NCBI GenBank assembly: GCA_963790025.1
Contig: CAWBMP010000004.1
Coordinates: 128,001 to 192,000 of the forward strand
DNA length: 64,000 nt
Direction of reading: 5' to 3'
From: Nitrospirota bacterium
Lineage (GTDB): Bacteria; Nitrospirota; Thermodesulfovibrionia; Thermodesulfovibrionales; Dissulfurispiraceae
In this document: piece after piece, positions 60,905 to 64,000 of the stretch
Position numbering within the stretch: position 1 is the stretch's first letter
Layout: every line of letters begins with the position of its first letter
Program-made: the position numbers and the translations under genes
Notes under the pieces: model-generated
What the model saw: only the letters and a program-made list of their open reading frames with translations
What the model was told of the DNA's origin: nothing
The model's database searches: none

Positions 60905-61302
60905 ATGTTGTACCTCTCATTGAAATTATGTGCACAATAGCCTTTATCAGAACAAAAGGTAAAAAAAGCAATAAAGGAATGCGCTGAAACAAATGTCTTA
61001 CAGTATAGAAGATTAGAGCAACTCCCGTCAAACAAAAGAGCGTGCGGTCCTTTTTCACTTTGACACTTTGACACTATGATAACTATAATTAAACAAGAAT
61101 GGAAAAAGAGGAGCAGCCCAAGAAGAATCCGTGCCCCGATTGCACATTTTGCCAATGTTGCAGTGAAACTCGCTGCGGCATGTGCCGGCCGCCTGCAAAC
61201 AAAAAAATAAAAAAACAAAACAAATTAAAGGAACACAAACCTCTTTTCAGGGCATACTGACGGATATCCTGATTAAGGAGAGGACCCGCAGGGGCAGGTT
61301 TT

Positions 61303-61983
61303 TTATCTGCCGCTCAGAAGAAGTAGTTTGGCTTTCCAAGCCCACTTTCTCTCCATCTTGCGCTTGTAAAGCGGCGAAGCCTTGAATACGGAGATGGCCT
61401 TCTTAAGATACTCCTTTCCCTCATTCATCTTCCCTGTTTTTGTCTTCACAAGACCCATCTGATAGAACCCCTGCGTGCTTGAAAGATGCACCTTCAGAAA
61501 GCGTTCAAGGAGGGGTTCAGCTTCGGCGTATGCTCCGGTATCAATATACACTTCTGCCATTGCAAGATATGGGTCCCCGTATTTCAACCCCGGCGCAGTG
61601 CGCAGAGCATCATCCACCAGCATTCGTCCCTTTTCTACGGCACCGGTCCTGGCCATAGCGACACCGCGGTAATAATTGAATTCAGGGTCATCGGACATTT
61701 TTGAGGAGGCCCTGGCAAAATATTGGAGGGCTTCCTGATAATTCTTCTTTTCAAACATAAAGATACCAAGTTCTTTCAGAGACCTGGCATCGTGCGGATT
61801 GATTGCAACAATCCGCTGCAATTCCCTTATCCTCCCGGCCGCCTTGAACAGCCGCATCGGATCAGGAACAAAACCATAATATCTCCTGTCTATCGCCAGA
61901 TAAACTGCAAGGATAATAATCACCGCCAGAATAGGACTTCCGGTAAGCCATGAGAGAAAGATGAACAGGATAAACTTACTCAC
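61303..61983 (-). CDS. Membrane-anchored TPR protein
   Basis: N-terminal hydrophobic segment, TPR-like helices, GGAGG RBS before GTG. Confidence 0.8.
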   Translation of the reverse strand: MSKFILFIFLSWLTGSPILAVIIILAVYLAIDRRYYGFVPDPMRLFKAAGRIRELQRIVAINPHDARSLKELGIFMFEKKNYQEALQYFARASSKMSDDPEFNYYRGVAMARTGAVEKGRMLVDDALRTAPGLKYGDPYLAMAEVYIDTGAYAEAEPLLERFLKVHLSSTQGFYQMGLVKTKTGKMNEGKEYLKKAISVFKASPLYKRKMERKWAWKAKLLLLSGR

Positions 61984-62136
61984 TACTGTGTCCTCCGAAC
62001 GGATAAAAAACTTCCCGTTGACGCATGTGTCATATCATATCAAATACTCAAACTGCGCGCAATTATGAGAAAAAAATATTAATGATAGGACCGGCAGGGG
62101 CAGGCTTTTTTTTGGCATCAGTGTAAAATATAAAGT

Positions 62137-64000
62137 ATGAAACTGAACAGGACGCTTTTGTGGAGGTTTTTCTGGGGGACCGCTGTCCTGTTGCTTGCCG
62201 TCCTCTTTGCCTTCACCTATTCGGGTTATCTCAACATAAAAAAAATCCTGCGCGATGAAATCACCTCAAACGCCACCGCCCTTATCGGCCAGCGGGTTGA
62301 ACTTCAGGATATCTCATTTAGCGCACTGTCAGCTGCCCTGAAATATCCCGGATTTATTGGTCGCCCGGCCCTCCATCTTCACAATATTGCCATACAAAAT
62401 CCTGATGGTTTTGCTCATGGTCAGCTTGTGCGAATAAAAGAGCTTGTCATCTCTCCTGACATGCGGGCCCTTGTAAAAGGAAGAATACATCTTACGGAAA
62501 TTGCCGTCTCTTCTCCAGAAATCAACCTTATGCACAATGCAAAAGGGGACCTCAATATTTCAGAAAAGCTCAGGCAATTTTTCTCAAAAAAGTCCACGAG
62601 TACGTATCAGGTGGATACTTTAAGCATCCGATCAGGCAGCTTCGGCCTTGACAGCAAGAAACGTTTTGGCCTTACTGCCATCAATCTGGAAATGAACGGC
62701 ATTTCGTCTCAGAGAGACACTAAGACAATAATAAAGGGCAGCCTTACCCATGCCGGCGCCAATAAAATTCTGCTCGATGGCGGGGCCTATCTCAAGAACG
62801 TCCCCTTGCGTTTTGCCCTTACCGTTTCATCGCCTGGCTTTGCTCCAATTTCCTTAAGCGGCAATCCCGAGAAATACGATAGCCCGCTTGTCAAGACTGC
62901 CATGGAAGTAAAACTGGTCCTGGAGGGTGATCCGGAAACGGGTATTCATATTACATCCCATATTACCTCGCATGGTCCCGTCGTCACTCCAAAAAGTCTC
63001 CGGCTTTTGGCTCGCGATGCCCCTGCTGCAGGCGGGGACCCAGTCCCTTACCTAAAAAATTTTCGATTCTTATCTCTTGATGCCGACGCCTTCTATGATG
63101 TCCGTAAACATTCACTTGTGGTCCGCGATGCAACCCTGCTGACCGATGTCTCTGTCATGGCTCATATGACCGGCGTGATTAGCAATCTCAATGACAAGCC
63201 TTCTTACAGTGCGCACGCGAAAATAACAGGCCTCGACCTGTCAGCGCTCCGTATCTCAGAGGCTTACAAAGTCAGCGGAAGGGTCACATCCGATGACCTC
63301 TCGGTAAAGGGGACCTTCGCCGGGGTCTTTCCATTGTTATCAGGCTCTGTCCGAATAGAAGGTGCGGCATTCAAATCTAAAGATTTTGTTCTCGATAAAA
63401 TCAACGGTGATATTTATCTTTCATTTTCATCCGGTAAGGCGTTCACTGTCACCACCGGGATGTCGGCAAATGTACAAAAAATAAAAGACACAGTGTTACA
63501 AAAACCACCTTCCGTAAAACTCGCCCTCGCCGCTCAGGGGACACCTGCTGCAGCAACTTTACATACATCGGCATCCGTTGCAGCATTCTCACTTCCCGTC
63601 AGGAACGGTAAAACAGCGTCTTTCGGCAACGCCCATCTAATTATAGACGGCTCACTTCGCACGACCGGCAGGGAACATATTTTCTCGGGTAGAAGCTCTA
63701 TAGGAATAAGTGACCTGCTCTATAACGATAGACATATCCCATTGCTTCAAAGCAGTGCTGATTTTAATTATAGTGACAACACTATCGCCCTTAAAGCGCT
63801 GAGGCTGGAAACAAAAGATATCCGTTCATTTGCAGATGACACAACCCTGAGATTCGACGGACACAACAAAAGTTACACAGCTGACTTGAGCAGTGTCGAC
63901 ATTTCGTTCCCGGGACAAAAGACAGAATTCAAAAACGGCATGTTTCATATTGCGGCGTCAAGCCGGGCACTCAACACGCTGTCCATAAACGATTTGAGTG
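62137..64000 (+). CDS. AsmA/DUF748-like protein (3' end outside window)
   Basis: MKLNRTLLWRFFWGTAVLLLAVLF anchor, then LIGQRVEL..IQNPDGF..PEINL..GDLNI; absent from the ORF track, consistent with no stop before the window end. Confidence 0.7.
   Translation, partial: MKLNRTLLWRFFWGTAVLLLAVLFAFTYSGYLNIKKILRDEITSNATALIGQRVELQDISFSALSAALKYPGFIGRPALHLHNIAIQNPDGFAHGQLVRIKELVISPDMRALVKGRIHLTEIAVSSPEINLMHNAKGDLNISEKLRQFFSKKSTSTYQVDTLSIRSGSFGLDSKKRFGLTAINLEMNGISSQRDTKTIIKGSLTHAGANKILLDGGAYLKNVPLRFALTVSSPGFAPISLSGNPEKYDSPLVKTAMEVKLVLEGDPETGIHITSHITSHGPVVTPKSLRLLARDAPAAGGDPVPYLKNFRFLSLDADAFYDVRKHSLVVRDATLLTDVSVMAHMTGVISNLNDKPSYSAHAKITGLDLSALRISEAYKVSGRVTSDDLSVKGTFAGVFPLLSGSVRIEGAAFKSKDFVLDKINGDIYLSFSSGKAFTVTTGMSANVQKIKDTVLQKPPSVKLALAAQGTPAAATLHTSASVAAFSLPVRNGKTASFGNAHLIIDGSLRTTGREHIFSGRSSIGISDLLYNDRHIPLLQSSADFNYSDNTIALKALRLETKDIRSFADDTTLRFDGHNKSYTADLSSVDISFPGQKTEFKNGMFHIAASSRALNTLSINDLS

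Noticed and set aside
60901..61218. 105-aa ORF upstream of the S1 gene
   Set aside because: TTG start inside a T-rich tract, no RBS, atypical composition.

Overview
Bacterial chromosome segment whose gene content suggests a motile, lactate-oxidising anaerobe (Nitrospirota/Thermodesulfovibrionia- or deltaproteobacteria-like; this is inference only). From left to right: (1) 1-4961, an AT-richer probable island abutting the 3' end of tRNA-Gly(CCC), with histidine kinases and receiver proteins, an AbrB antitoxin plus a doubly frameshifted PIN toxin, an XRE-HTH/S24-like repressor apparently lacking autocleavage residues, and an ImmA/IrrE metallopeptidase. (2) D- and L-lactate utilisation genes downstream of a four-gene signalling chain (Cache kinase, REC-HDOD, PocR kinase, NarL-type regulator). 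(3) ilvD and two motAB stator pairs around a PilZ gene. (4) fliS-fliD-flaG and two near-identical tandem flagellins with sigma28 promoters but different leaders and terminators. (5) A ~19 kb pseudaminic-acid (pseBCGHI) flagellin-glycosylation cluster with many tailoring enzymes. (6) Housekeeping genes (ligA, pncC-like, rarA, gpmA, ABC-F, S1 protein) and a truncated AsmA-like gene. The most notable unexplained signal is a set of intergenic elements built from short imperfect tandem repeats (6-, 7-, 8- and 9-nt periods) facing their own reverse complement. They sit at many gene junctions, one brackets a gene relic, and the same units occur in frame inside several genes.
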